Assembly: GCA_046052125.1 (NCBI GenBank)
Contig: JBJOMY010000008.1
Span: forward strand, 1-56,173
Reading direction: 5' to 3'
Length of the DNA stretch: 56,173 bases
Source of the DNA: Cyanobacteriota bacterium
GTDB lineage: Bacteria > Cyanobacteriota > Cyanobacteriia > PCC-6307 > Cyanobiaceae
A program made the position numbers and the translations under genes. The notes beneath the pieces were generated by a model that saw only the letters and a list, made by a program, of their open reading frames with translations, had not been told where the DNA came from and ran no database searches. Positions 9,417 through 17,200 of this stretch are shown here, in pieces. Every line of letters starts with the position of its first letter. The stretch's first letter is position 1.

Positions 9417-11519
9417 TCAATCCCCAGTGGTGGGTAGGTCTGGCTGGGTCAAGGCCGGAAAGCGCAGGCGAAGCAATGCCCCTCCCCGTTCGCTCACGCC
9501 GCACTCGAGCGTGCCCTGGTGGTTCTCCATGGTGGTGCGCACCACAAAAAGGCCAAGGCCGCTGCCGCTGGCCTTGGTGGTGAGCAGGGGCGTTTCATCG
9601 AGGGCTTCTTGGGGAAGTCCGGGGCCGTTGTCCTCCACCGATAACAACCAGTGGTTGGCCTCGCGCCTGAGGCTGACGCCGATCCACGGATCAGTGGGGC
9701 CCTGCTCGGCCAGGGCTTCGGCGGCATTACGCAGCAGGTTCACGATCGCGATCTGAATCTGCACGGCATCGCCTTCGATCCAGGCGGGCTCGCGCAGGCG
9801 ATCGAGCTCGCTGCTCTCCACCAGCATCCGGCTCACCGGGCCGGTGCTGCGGGCATAGAGCAGAGCGCTCTGGGCCACATCGCGCAGATCGAGGCGCTGA
9901 TGCTCGGTTTGCACGTTGCGCAGCAGCGCGCGCATCTTTTCGATCGTGAGCACCACGCGATCGGTTTCGGTGCGGATGCTCTGCAGCTGGTCGCGCCATG
10001 CCTCAGGGAGGGGAGGGCCGCCATCGCGTTGGCTGCGCTCCAGCAAGAGCTGGCTGTTGAGCAGCAGCACGCTCAGCGGTTGGTTGATTTCATGGGCGAT
10101 GGCAGCGGCCTGAAGGCTGCTGCGCAGCTTGTCTTTGAGCAGGCTGAGGGTCTGGGCGTCGCGGAAGCGCTCGCGCTCCTGGGCCTCCTGCACGTTGGCG
10201 GTGAGGCGGTTGTAGCGCTCCACCAGCTCGGCGATGGCGCCATCGAGGGCGAGCAGCTCCTCGCCGGCTGTCGTGGTGAGCCCACTGCTGAAGTGCAGGT
10301 CGCCGCTGGCGGTCCCGTTGGTAGCGGTGAGGCTTCTTCCCAGTTGACGGGAGGCGGATTCCAGCTGCCTGAGCGGCTCGAGCAGGGCGCGGATCTGGCG
10401 GTTGATCAGCAGCACTGCTCCGGTGAGGGCGGCCGCGGCGGCGAGCAGTGCGAGCAGGCTGGTGCGCTCTGCGGCGGCGCTGCTGGGATTTGTGGCCAGG
10501 GCTGTGAGCAGGATCCAGTTGAGCCCTTCCTCCTGGCCCCAGGGGTTGGCCTGAAGCGTGTAGGTGTTGCCGTTCACACTCACCCGCCGTGGGCTGCGGG
10601 CTTCACCCCAGGCGTTGGCTTGATGTTGCAAGCCGCCCTTGACCCCAGAAACAAACAACGTGTGGCTGAGGGCCTGAGCGAGGGGATGGTTGAGGCTGCG
10701 CAAGTTGGCGCGCCGCACCACGCCCTTGTTGCGTTGCAGGGTGAGATCCGCCTTGGAGCAGGCCACCAGATCGCCGCTGGGCTCAACGATCACGGCCAGC
10801 CCTTGGCGCTCTTGCCACACGCCCTGGAGCCAGCTGCTCAGTTGGCTGAGCACCATGTCCACCCCCACCACGCCAAGCAGGCGGCGATTGGGGCCGAACA
10901 CCGGCGCGTTGTAGGAGATCGAGAACACCTCGGGCTGGTCTTCCCAGGGGTAGATCGAGCTCCAGGTGGCTTTGCCGGCTTGGGCCGTTTCCACATACCA
11001 GGCTTCCTCGTGGGTGCTGGTCATCCCAGGAATGCGTTCGAGCAGCTTGCCCCGCTCTCCCGTGGGGCTCATGGCGTAGATGGCCATCGAGCCCCTGCCG
11101 CTGCGCGGGGTGTCTTCGTTGAGCAGCAGTTCACCCTCGGCGGTGCGCTCCATGCCCACAAAGGCGCCATCGCTGCTGCCGAAGTTGATGTAGTCCACCG
11201 GGAACACCTGCATCTGGTTCCAGAACCGCTCGCTCAGGGCACTCACGTCACGCTCACGGCCCGGCACTCGACGCAGCCAGTGGAGATTGAGTTCGTTGAT
11301 CCAGATCGGGTAGCTGAGCTTGTTGGAGAGGCGAATCGAGAGATCCACCACTGAGGCGTTCTGGCGATAGGCCTCACCGAGCTCGAGGCCGCTGCGGCGC
11401 CCGAGGCTGTAGCTGAGCAGGCTGAAGCCCCCCGTTACCAAAATCAGCTGCAGCGCACTCACCAGGGCCAGCCGATTAGCGAGCCGTTTGGGTAGCCGGA
11501 GGCTCAGGGTGCGGCGCAT
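9417..11519 (-). CDS. Membrane sensor histidine kinase with Cache-type periplasmic domain
   Basis: Two TM segments, EAWY..WSSIY..VVGVD Cache-like motifs, H-box AHEINQPL, N-box NLLRNA, DNGPG, GSGLGL. Confidence 0.9.
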   Translation of the reverse strand: MRRTLSLRLPKRLANRLALVSALQLILVTGGFSLLSYSLGRRSGLELGEAYRQNASVVDLSIRLSNKLSYPIWINELNLHWLRRVPGRERDVSALSERFWNQMQVFPVDYINFGSSDGAFVGMERTAEGELLLNEDTPRSGRGSMAIYAMSPTGERGKLLERIPGMTSTHEEAWYVETAQAGKATWSSIYPWEDQPEVFSISYNAPVFGPNRRLLGVVGVDMVLSQLSSWLQGVWQERQGLAVIVEPSGDLVACSKADLTLQRNKGVVRRANLRSLNHPLAQALSHTLFVSGVKGGLQHQANAWGEARSPRRVSVNGNTYTLQANPWGQEEGLNWILLTALATNPSSAAAERTSLLALLAAAAALTGAVLLINRQIRALLEPLRQLESASRQLGRSLTATNGTASGDLHFSSGLTTTAGEELLALDGAIAELVERYNRLTANVQEAQERERFRDAQTLSLLKDKLRSSLQAAAIAHEINQPLSVLLLNSQLLLERSQRDGGPPLPEAWRDQLQSIRTETDRVVLTIEKMRALLRNVQTEHQRLDLRDVAQSALLYARSTGPVSRMLVESSELDRLREPAWIEGDAVQIQIAIVNLLRNAAEALAEQGPTDPWIGVSLRREANHWLLSVEDNGPGLPQEALDETPLLTTKASGSGLGLFVVRTTMENHQGTLECGVSERGGALLRLRFPALTQPDLPTTGD

Positions 11520-11522
11520 CAA

Positions 11523-12131
11523 TCAGGGCTCGTCCTGGTGGAGATTGCCGAGCAGGGAGGCATGGCGCACCAGTTCAGCCCCACTCATGCCCAGCTTCTG
11601 GGCGATGGCCTTGCGGTGGGTTTCCACGGTGGCGATGGAGAGGCTGGCGCTCCGGGCGATCTCCTTGTTGCTGAGCCCTTGGCCGATCAGGTTGAAGATC
11701 TCTCGCTGCCGTGGGGTGAGCGGCTCGCCAGCGGAGGGCAGGCAGCGCTCGAGCACGCTGTGCAGCTGAGCGAAAGCGGCCGTTTTATCCACCACACCCA
11801 CGATCCAAGGCTGGAGGGCTGCCGGGCAGACAAAGCTGCTGGCCTGGCCAGAGAGCACCACCACCTTGGCGTTGGGGTTCGTTTCGGCCAGGGCCTCAGC
11901 CACCACCAGGCCGTCGCCATCCGGTAGCGCCAGATCCAGGATCAGCAGATCCGGAGGCTGATCGCCGTTGCAGAGCACCAAGGCCTCGGCCTTGGTGGTG
12001 GCGACGGCGCGAACCTCCAGACCGGGCAGCGCTTCGAGCATCGAGCGCAGCAGCTGCAGGAACATCACCTGGTCTTCCACGATCAGGCATTGCAGGGCTC
12101 GCGGATGACTGGCGGGCAGTGGCGCAGGCAT
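11523..12131 (-). CDS. NarL/LuxR-family response regulator
   Basis: REC LIVED..DLLILDLALPDGDG..K; HTH LTPRQREIF.LIGQGLSNKEIA..TVETHR. Confidence 0.92.
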   Translation of the reverse strand: MPAPLPASHPRALQCLIVEDQVMFLQLLRSMLEALPGLEVRAVATTKAEALVLCNGDQPPDLLILDLALPDGDGLVVAEALAETNPNAKVVVLSGQASSFVCPAALQPWIVGVVDKTAAFAQLHSVLERCLPSAGEPLTPRQREIFNLIGQGLSNKEIARSASLSIATVETHRKAIAQKLGMSGAELVRHASLLGNLHQDEP

Positions 12132-12145
12132 CTGGTGTAGATGCG

Positions 12146-12178
12146 GCTGACATCGGCCAACATCCTGCCGATGTCAGC
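12146..12178. promoter_or_regulatory. Perfect 12-bp inverted repeat between tRNA-Thr and the response regulator
   Basis: GCTGACATCGGC-N9-GCCGATGTCAGC; function (operator or RNA hairpin) unknown. Confidence 0.5.
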
Positions 12179-12223
12179 GATGGCCACAACATCGTTAGCG
12201 AGGTAATTGATAACCCGTTTGAA

Positions 12224-12295
<72 letters not shown>

Positions 12296-12305
12296 ATGTG
12301 GAAGG

Positions 12306-12387
12306 TGGGCCGGGCTGGATTTGAACCAGCGTAGGCAGAGCCAGCGGATTTACAGTCCGCCCCCATTAACCACTCGGGCACCGACCC
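12306..12387 (-). tRNA. tRNA-Tyr (GTA)
   Basis: Minus strand GGGTCGGTGCCCGAGTGGTTAA..GACT-GTA-AATC..long variable arm..GGTTCAAATCC; typical Tyr-Thr tandem. Confidence 0.96.
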
Positions 12388-12480
12388 GAACCACACCCCA
12401 AGAACTTACCAGCCGGCGGGTCTGCCCCTGGCTCCTCTCCTTACGATCACGGCAGTGGAGGCCGATCAACGGCGCTGGCG

Positions 12481-12927
12481 ATGCGGGTGCTGCTGCTCAA
12501 CGGGCCGAATCTGAATTTGCTGGGGTTACGGGAGCCGGGCCTCTATGGCGCCGACACCCTCGAGGCGATCGAGGCGGAGCTCGGCCGCCAGGCCGCTGGG
12601 CTCGGCGTGGAGCTGGAGTGCTTTCAGAGCAACCACGAGGGAGCCCTGGTGGATCGCATCCACGCCGCCCGCGGCCAAGTGGACGGCATCTTGATCAATG
12701 CGGGTGCCTTCACCCACACCTCGATTGCCCTGCGCGATGCCCTGCTCGGCGTGGCGATTCCTTATGTGGAGCTGCACCTGAGCAATGTGCATGCCCGCGA
12801 AGCCTTCCGCCACCACTCCTATTTGGCCGATAAAGCGCTGGGGGTGATCTGTGGCTTCGGGCCAGGCAGCTACGGCCTGGCGTTGCAGGGCCTGGTGATG
12901 CGCCTGCGCCAGGAGCCAGCGGCATGA
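12481..12927 (+). CDS. aroQ: Type II 3-dehydroquinate dehydratase
   Basis: [42 protein letters not shown]. Confidence 0.96.
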   Translation: MRVLLLNGPNLNLLGLREPGLYGADTLEAIEAELGRQAAGLGVELECFQSNHEGALVDRIHAARGQVDGILINAGAFTHTSIALRDALLGVAIPYVELHLSNVHAREAFRHHSYLADKALGVICGFGPGSYGLALQGLVMRLRQEPAA

Positions 12928-13559
12928 CAGCGCTGTTGGAGAACCCCACGGCCCGGGTGAAGTGGCTCGCGGCGCCGAGCAGTGCCAGTTGGCTCGAGCA
13001 AGCCAATGCCCGGCCCGATCTGGTGTTGATCGATCACGCCCACTGCGAGCGCAAAGCGGCTGGTGTGGCTCTGCAGCTGATGTTCCGCTACCCCTCCGAT
13101 GAAGGGCTTGCGGCGCTAGTGAGCCCATTGGCGCGGGAAGAGCTCGAGCATTTCGAGCTGGTGTTGCAGCTGCTGCAGCGGCGGGGCATTCCTCTGCGGC
13201 CCCTGCCGGCTCCTGGCTATGGCGCCACCCTCACGGCTGCGGTGCGCAAGGGCGAGCGCGAGCGCAGGCTGGATTCGTTTCTGGTGGCTGGCTTGATCGA
13301 AGCCCGCAGCCATGAACGGATGGCTCTGCTGGCGGCCCATAGCCCTGATCAAGAGCTCCGCGCTCTTTACGGCGAACTGCTGGCAAGTGAGGCGCGTCAC
13401 TTTGGGCTGTATTGGTGCCTGTGTGAAGAGCGTTTCGGGCGCGAAGCCACGGTGGAGCGCTTGGAGGCGTTGGCGGCGGTCGAGGTGCAGGCGCTCACGG
13501 GTGAATTGGCCCAAGCGGATGGTGTGCGCATGCACTCGGTGGGTGTGGTGCTGCCCTGA
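12924..13559 (+). CDS. miaE: tRNA ms2io6A37 hydroxylase
   Basis: [28 protein letters not shown] di-iron motifs. Confidence 0.93.
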   Translation: MTALLENPTARVKWLAAPSSASWLEQANARPDLVLIDHAHCERKAAGVALQLMFRYPSDEGLAALVSPLAREELEHFELVLQLLQRRGIPLRPLPAPGYGATLTAAVRKGERERRLDSFLVAGLIEARSHERMALLAAHSPDQELRALYGELLASEARHFGLYWCLCEERFGREATVERLEALAAVEVQALTGELAQADGVRMHSVGVVLP

Positions 13560-13580
13560 AGATTGGCTTGGTTTTGGGTT

Positions 13581-14114
13581 TCACTCCACCGTCACGTTCA
13601 CGCCACGATTCGGGGGTGGTGGGAGTGAAAGTTCCCGCATGCTCAGTGGCCCATACAGGCTGAGGAGAGCCTGTTTGTATTGGGATTCGCTGATCACTTC
13701 CTCATCCACAAGCTGGCGCAGATTCTCCATGCGGGTGCGGATCATCGCGTCTTTCAGGAGCGGCTGGCAGCTGAAGGTACTGTTGCTACGGGCCAATGGA
13801 ATGTTCAGGCTGAGCATGGCCAGTAATGAGCTCTGATTGCCGATCGTGGCGTTGCCATTCGATTGAGCCACGCTGATGCTGTTGCCCCATTGATCGGGAT
13901 AGGCACCGGCGGAGAGGCTGAGGTTGGGTAGGGCGCCGGCATCGGCGTTGCAACGCACGTTGCCGAGATCAATCGAGACCCGAGATCCCTGGGGGAATTG
14001 CTGGTTGGGGGACAGATAGATCTGGCCTATGGCTGCCTGCGGGCTGAGGCAGAAACAGAGCGCCAACGTGAGCAGATCCTTGCGTGAACAAGGCCCTGCA
14101 GCGAGGTTCCGCAT
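13581..14114 (-). CDS. Secreted hypothetical protein with amphipathic beta-hairpin and SHOCT-like C-terminal helices
   Basis: Signal-like N-terminus; strands LSLSAGAY and LAMLSLNIPL flanked by Cys55/Cys116; LRQLVDEEVISESQY; start uncertain (88-bp overlap with upstream gene). Confidence 0.7.
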   Translation of the reverse strand: MRNLAAGPCSRKDLLTLALCFCLSPQAAIGQIYLSPNQQFPQGSRVSIDLGNVRCNADAGALPNLSLSAGAYPDQWGNSISVAQSNGNATIGNQSSLLAMLSLNIPLARSNSTFSCQPLLKDAMIRTRMENLRQLVDEEVISESQYKQALLSLYGPLSMRELSLPPPPNRGVNVTVE

Positions 14115-14449
14115 ACATAAAACGATGGTTGATCTTGCGCCACGCTGTAAGCAATCACGCGGCTGGCCCCTGGACCGAGACGGAACACGGAAGGCCGAAG
14201 CCGGATCAAGGCCTCGGCTTCGGCTGGGGGCAGGGGTGTGAGCTCAGCGGTGCTGCGCCCCTGCACCTGCCGCACCCGAAACACCTGCAGTTCCACCCGT
14301 TGCAGGCGATCGCTGGTGTTGCTCACCTGGAGCACGCCCCGGCGTTGCTCCAGCAGAAGGGGCGAGAGTCCCAGGGCCTGGGCATGGCTGGCTGTCAGCA
14401 GCGCCACGGCCCCGAGGCAGCCCGCCAGCGCTTTAGCGGTTTGCATCAT
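14027..14449 (-). CDS. Single-domain PapD-like pilus chaperone
   Basis: Signal peptide (AQA), then LSP..LQVSNTSD..RVELQV..RPSVFRLGPGASRVI, matching the PapD N-domain pattern. Confidence 0.7.
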   Translation of the reverse strand: MMQTAKALAGCLGAVALLTASHAQALGLSPLLLEQRRGVLQVSNTSDRLQRVELQVFRVRQVQGRSTAELTPLPPAEAEALIRLRPSVFRLGPGASRVIAYSVAQDQPSFYVCGTSLQGLVHARICSRWRSVSASARRQP

Positions 14450-14957
14450 CGGTGCAGGTCACCGTGGCAACGGCGTTGTAGGTGCCATTGGCGAACTTGT
14501 TGCCGTTGCTAGTGGTGCTGAAACGCACGTGCAGATTGGTGCTCGGCAGATTGCCATCGCTGCCGAGATTCAAGCTCTGGGCGGCGCTGCTGTAGGAGCC
14601 ATTGCCGAGCTTCACTTCACTCGTGGTGGCAGCTGTCCCGCCTGACAATTTGGGTGGATCCACGATCACCGTGCCAGCTGAAGTGAGGTTGCTCACCACG
14701 GCAATGGTGCCTGGTGTCTGCGTGCCACTGAATGTGCCCGAGAGACTGGAATCGGAGGTGATCAGGCCCCGCTTCTTCTCCACCGCCAGCGATCCGCCAG
14801 TTGTGGTGATATCGCAGAAATTGCTCACCACCGTGGGGCTGAAATCCACGGTTTGGCTAGCGCCGATGGTGGCGGCGATGCTCGTGGTGGGCAGGAGCGC
14901 AATGCTCAGCAGCGCGGCATGGCCGATGCGCTGGCGAGGTGTGATCGAGGAAGGCAC
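14433..14957 (-). CDS. Secreted fimbrial/pilin-like beta protein
   Basis: Signal peptide, N-terminal VDFSPTVV..C, S/T/G-rich body, C-terminal GTYNAVATVT strand typical of chaperone-usher pilins. Confidence 0.7.
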   Translation of the reverse strand: MPSSITPRQRIGHAALLSIALLPTTSIAATIGASQTVDFSPTVVSNFCDITTTGGSLAVEKKRGLITSDSSLSGTFSGTQTPGTIAVVSNLTSAGTVIVDPPKLSGGTAATTSEVKLGNGSYSSAAQSLNLGSDGNLPSTNLHVRFSTTSNGNKFANGTYNAVATVTCTDDANR

Positions 14958-15067
14958 GCCAATGGATCAGAGACAGGCCGAGTGTTGTCAGCTCGGCGCA
15001 ATCCGTTGGCCGGATCACCGGATCTGCTGAGGGCTTGAGCAGCTGTTCAGCGTCCGTGCAGCGTTTT

Positions 15068-15616
15068 TCAGTCCAGCAGCGGGAATTGTTCGGCGATGGC
15101 ATCGCCCGTGAACTGGGCCACCCAGCCCTCGGGGTTATCGAAGAAGCGAATGGCGCAGAACTGGGGTGCGCTGCCCATGTCGAACCAATGCTTGGTGCCG
15201 GCGGGAACGCTGATCCAGTCGTCGGCCTCACAGAGCACCTGCAGCACCTCCTCGCCGATGTGCAGGCAGAACAACCCTTTCCCTTCCACGAAGAAGCGCA
15301 CTTCGTCTTCGCCGTGGGTGTGCTCGGCCAGGAATTTGCGGCGCAAGGCGTCCCGATCGGGGTGATCGGGTGCCATCCGGATCGCATCCACGGTGGGGTA
15401 GCGGCCGCTGTCTTGCACCCGGGCAATCTCGGGGGCGTAGGCCGCCAGCACCTGCTCGGGCCCTGCTCCCACCGGCAGCTCAGCCCGGGCTGGCCAGCGC
15501 TCGAAGCCGATGCCCCGTTGCGCCAATTCGCTGGCGATCAGGGCGGGATCGTTGCTGGCGAACTGGGGCAGGGGTTGGCGGCTGGGCGAGGCCGCAAAGA
15601 TCTGCAGATGACTCAT
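15068..15616 (-). CDS. mtnD: Acireductone dioxygenase
   Basis: KFLAEHTH.EDEVRFFV.G.GLF, VPAGTKHWF, IRFF. Confidence 0.94.
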   Translation of the reverse strand: MSHLQIFAASPSRQPLPQFASNDPALIASELAQRGIGFERWPARAELPVGAGPEQVLAAYAPEIARVQDSGRYPTVDAIRMAPDHPDRDALRRKFLAEHTHGEDEVRFFVEGKGLFCLHIGEEVLQVLCEADDWISVPAGTKHWFDMGSAPQFCAIRFFDNPEGWVAQFTGDAIAEQFPLLD

Positions 15617-15684
15617 CGGGTCATGCCGCGCACCCCTTCACCCTAGAAAGGCGCGATCCGGTAATTGCTCGTTTGGCCCAGCCC

Positions 15685-16428
15685 GTGCCCCAGCTCACCC
15701 TGGTGGGGGTTGGCCCCGGAGATCCGGAGCTGCTCACCGTGGCGGCGGTGAACGCGATCGAGGCGGCGTCGGTGGTGGCCTATCCGGTGGCGCGGCTGGA
15801 TGCCGATGGCATGGCGGCTCGCATCGCAGCCCCCTGGATCGGTGCGCAGCAGCGCCGCCTGCCGCTCCTGTTTCCGATGGTGGCTGAGGCTGAGCCCCGC
15901 CGAGAGGCCTGGCATTGCGCCGCCGATGCCCTGGCCGCTGAGCTGGCGGCTGGTGAAGCGGTGGTGTTGCTGTGTGAGGGCGATAGCTCCCTCTACGCCA
16001 GCTGCTCCTACGTGCTCCTGGCTCTGGCGCAGCGCCATCCGGCTTGCGCCGTGCGGGTGATTCCAGGGATCACTGCAGTGGCGGCGGCAGCCGCGGCGGC
16101 TTCGAGCGCCGGGCAGCCCTGGCCGCTGGCCCTGCAGCAGGAACCCTTGCTGATTCGTCCCACCCCCGAAACGCGTGCTGAGTTCGAAGTGTTGCTGGAG
16201 CAGGCGGCGGCCTCGGGCACCGTGCTTGCCCTGCTCAAACTTGGCCATCGCTGGAGCTGGGTGCAGCCGCTATTGGCGGAGCGCGGGTTGCTGGGCCAGG
16301 CGTTGTTCGCCCAGAGGGTGGGCTGGCCCGATCAGCTGGTGGCGCCCGCAGCGGTGGTCAGCCCGGCTGAGCAGCCCTACTTTTCACTCTTATTGATCCG
16401 TCAGGGCTGGCCGGCGGTGTTGCCCTGA
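15685..16428 (+). CDS. cobI: Precorrin-2 C20-methyltransferase
   Basis: LVGVGPGDPELLT, LFPM, LCEGD, VIPGIT, PYFSL; start approximate. Confidence 0.88.
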   Translation: MPQLTLVGVGPGDPELLTVAAVNAIEAASVVAYPVARLDADGMAARIAAPWIGAQQRRLPLLFPMVAEAEPRREAWHCAADALAAELAAGEAVVLLCEGDSSLYASCSYVLLALAQRHPACAVRVIPGITAVAAAAAAASSAGQPWPLALQQEPLLIRPTPETRAEFEVLLEQAAASGTVLALLKLGHRWSWVQPLLAERGLLGQALFAQRVGWPDQLVAPAAVVSPAEQPYFSLLLIRQGWPAVLP

Positions 16429-16441
16429 TGGAGGAGCGCCT

Positions 16442-17200
16442 GTGACGGCAATCGATTGGTTTTCCCTGCTCCATCCGGTGCTGGTGATCCTTTTTGTGTA
16501 CCCGGTGGTGGGGGCCACGATTCGGCTGGGAATTCTGGTGCGCGAGAAGCGCCTCGGCATCACCCAGCAGCCGGCGCTGGTGCCGCGCGAACACTCCGAT
16601 CACGGGCGCTGGTTCACCGCCTCTGTGGTGGTGGCCGTGTTGATCGCCCTCGTGTACTCCTTCATCAGCCGGGCGGTGGAGCCCGGCGCAGCCTTCGCCG
16701 GAGGCCTGCCGCGCCTGAGCTCCTTGATGTTGGTGGCGGCCGGCACGCTCGTGGCCTTGTTGGCGCTGCTCAAGGTGAAGCAGCCATCGCTGCGCGCCAG
16801 CTTCACTTTGCTCACCTGGGCGGGGCTGTTGGGGCTGGGCTCCCAGCCTGAGATCTGGCGCCTCTCAGATAACCCCTTCAGCGCCTCCTTCTGGAGCTCC
16901 CACTACTGGAGTGGGGTGCTGCTCACCGGCCTGTTGCTGTTCAACCTGGCGGCGCGGCCGGAGATCACCCGCCACCTGCGTTGGCGTCGCCTGCACGTGG
17001 CCTCCAATCTGCTGATCATGGTGTTGTTGGCGGTGCAGGCCATCACCGGCAGCCGTGATCTCTTGGAGATTCCGCTCAGCTGGCAGAAGCCGGCGATCTA
17101 CCGCTGTGATTTCCAGAACCGCACCTGTCCGGAGCCGGCGGCGGCTCCAGCTGCTGCGGCACCAGGCTCAGGCGCGGCCGTTGCCCCCAGCCTGGGCTGA
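16442..17200 (+). CDS. DUF4079-like membrane protein
   Basis: LLHP..YPVVG, conserved His residues in TM helices, QAITGSRDLLEIPLSWQKP. Confidence 0.75.
   Translation: MTAIDWFSLLHPVLVILFVYPVVGATIRLGILVREKRLGITQQPALVPREHSDHGRWFTASVVVAVLIALVYSFISRAVEPGAAFAGGLPRLSSLMLVAAGTLVALLALLKVKQPSLRASFTLLTWAGLLGLGSQPEIWRLSDNPFSASFWSSHYWSGVLLTGLLLFNLAARPEITRHLRWRRLHVASNLLIMVLLAVQAITGSRDLLEIPLSWQKPAIYRCDFQNRTCPEPAAAPAAAAPGSGAAVAPSLG

Noticed and set aside
9651..11354. Long antisense ORFs (also 7482-8819, 30505-31971, 44896-47061, 51040-52509)
   Set aside because: Shadow frames opposite well-supported genes; expected in high-GC DNA and carry no motifs.
12321..12833. 170-aa ORF over tRNA-Tyr/aroQ and 81-aa ORF 32061-32306 over tRNA-Gly
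   Set aside because: They overlap clear tRNA genes and are spurious.
15068..15616. mtnD as part of the pilus-like module
   Set aside because: It is co-oriented but separated by 110 bp and functionally belongs to methionine salvage; no evidence of a link.
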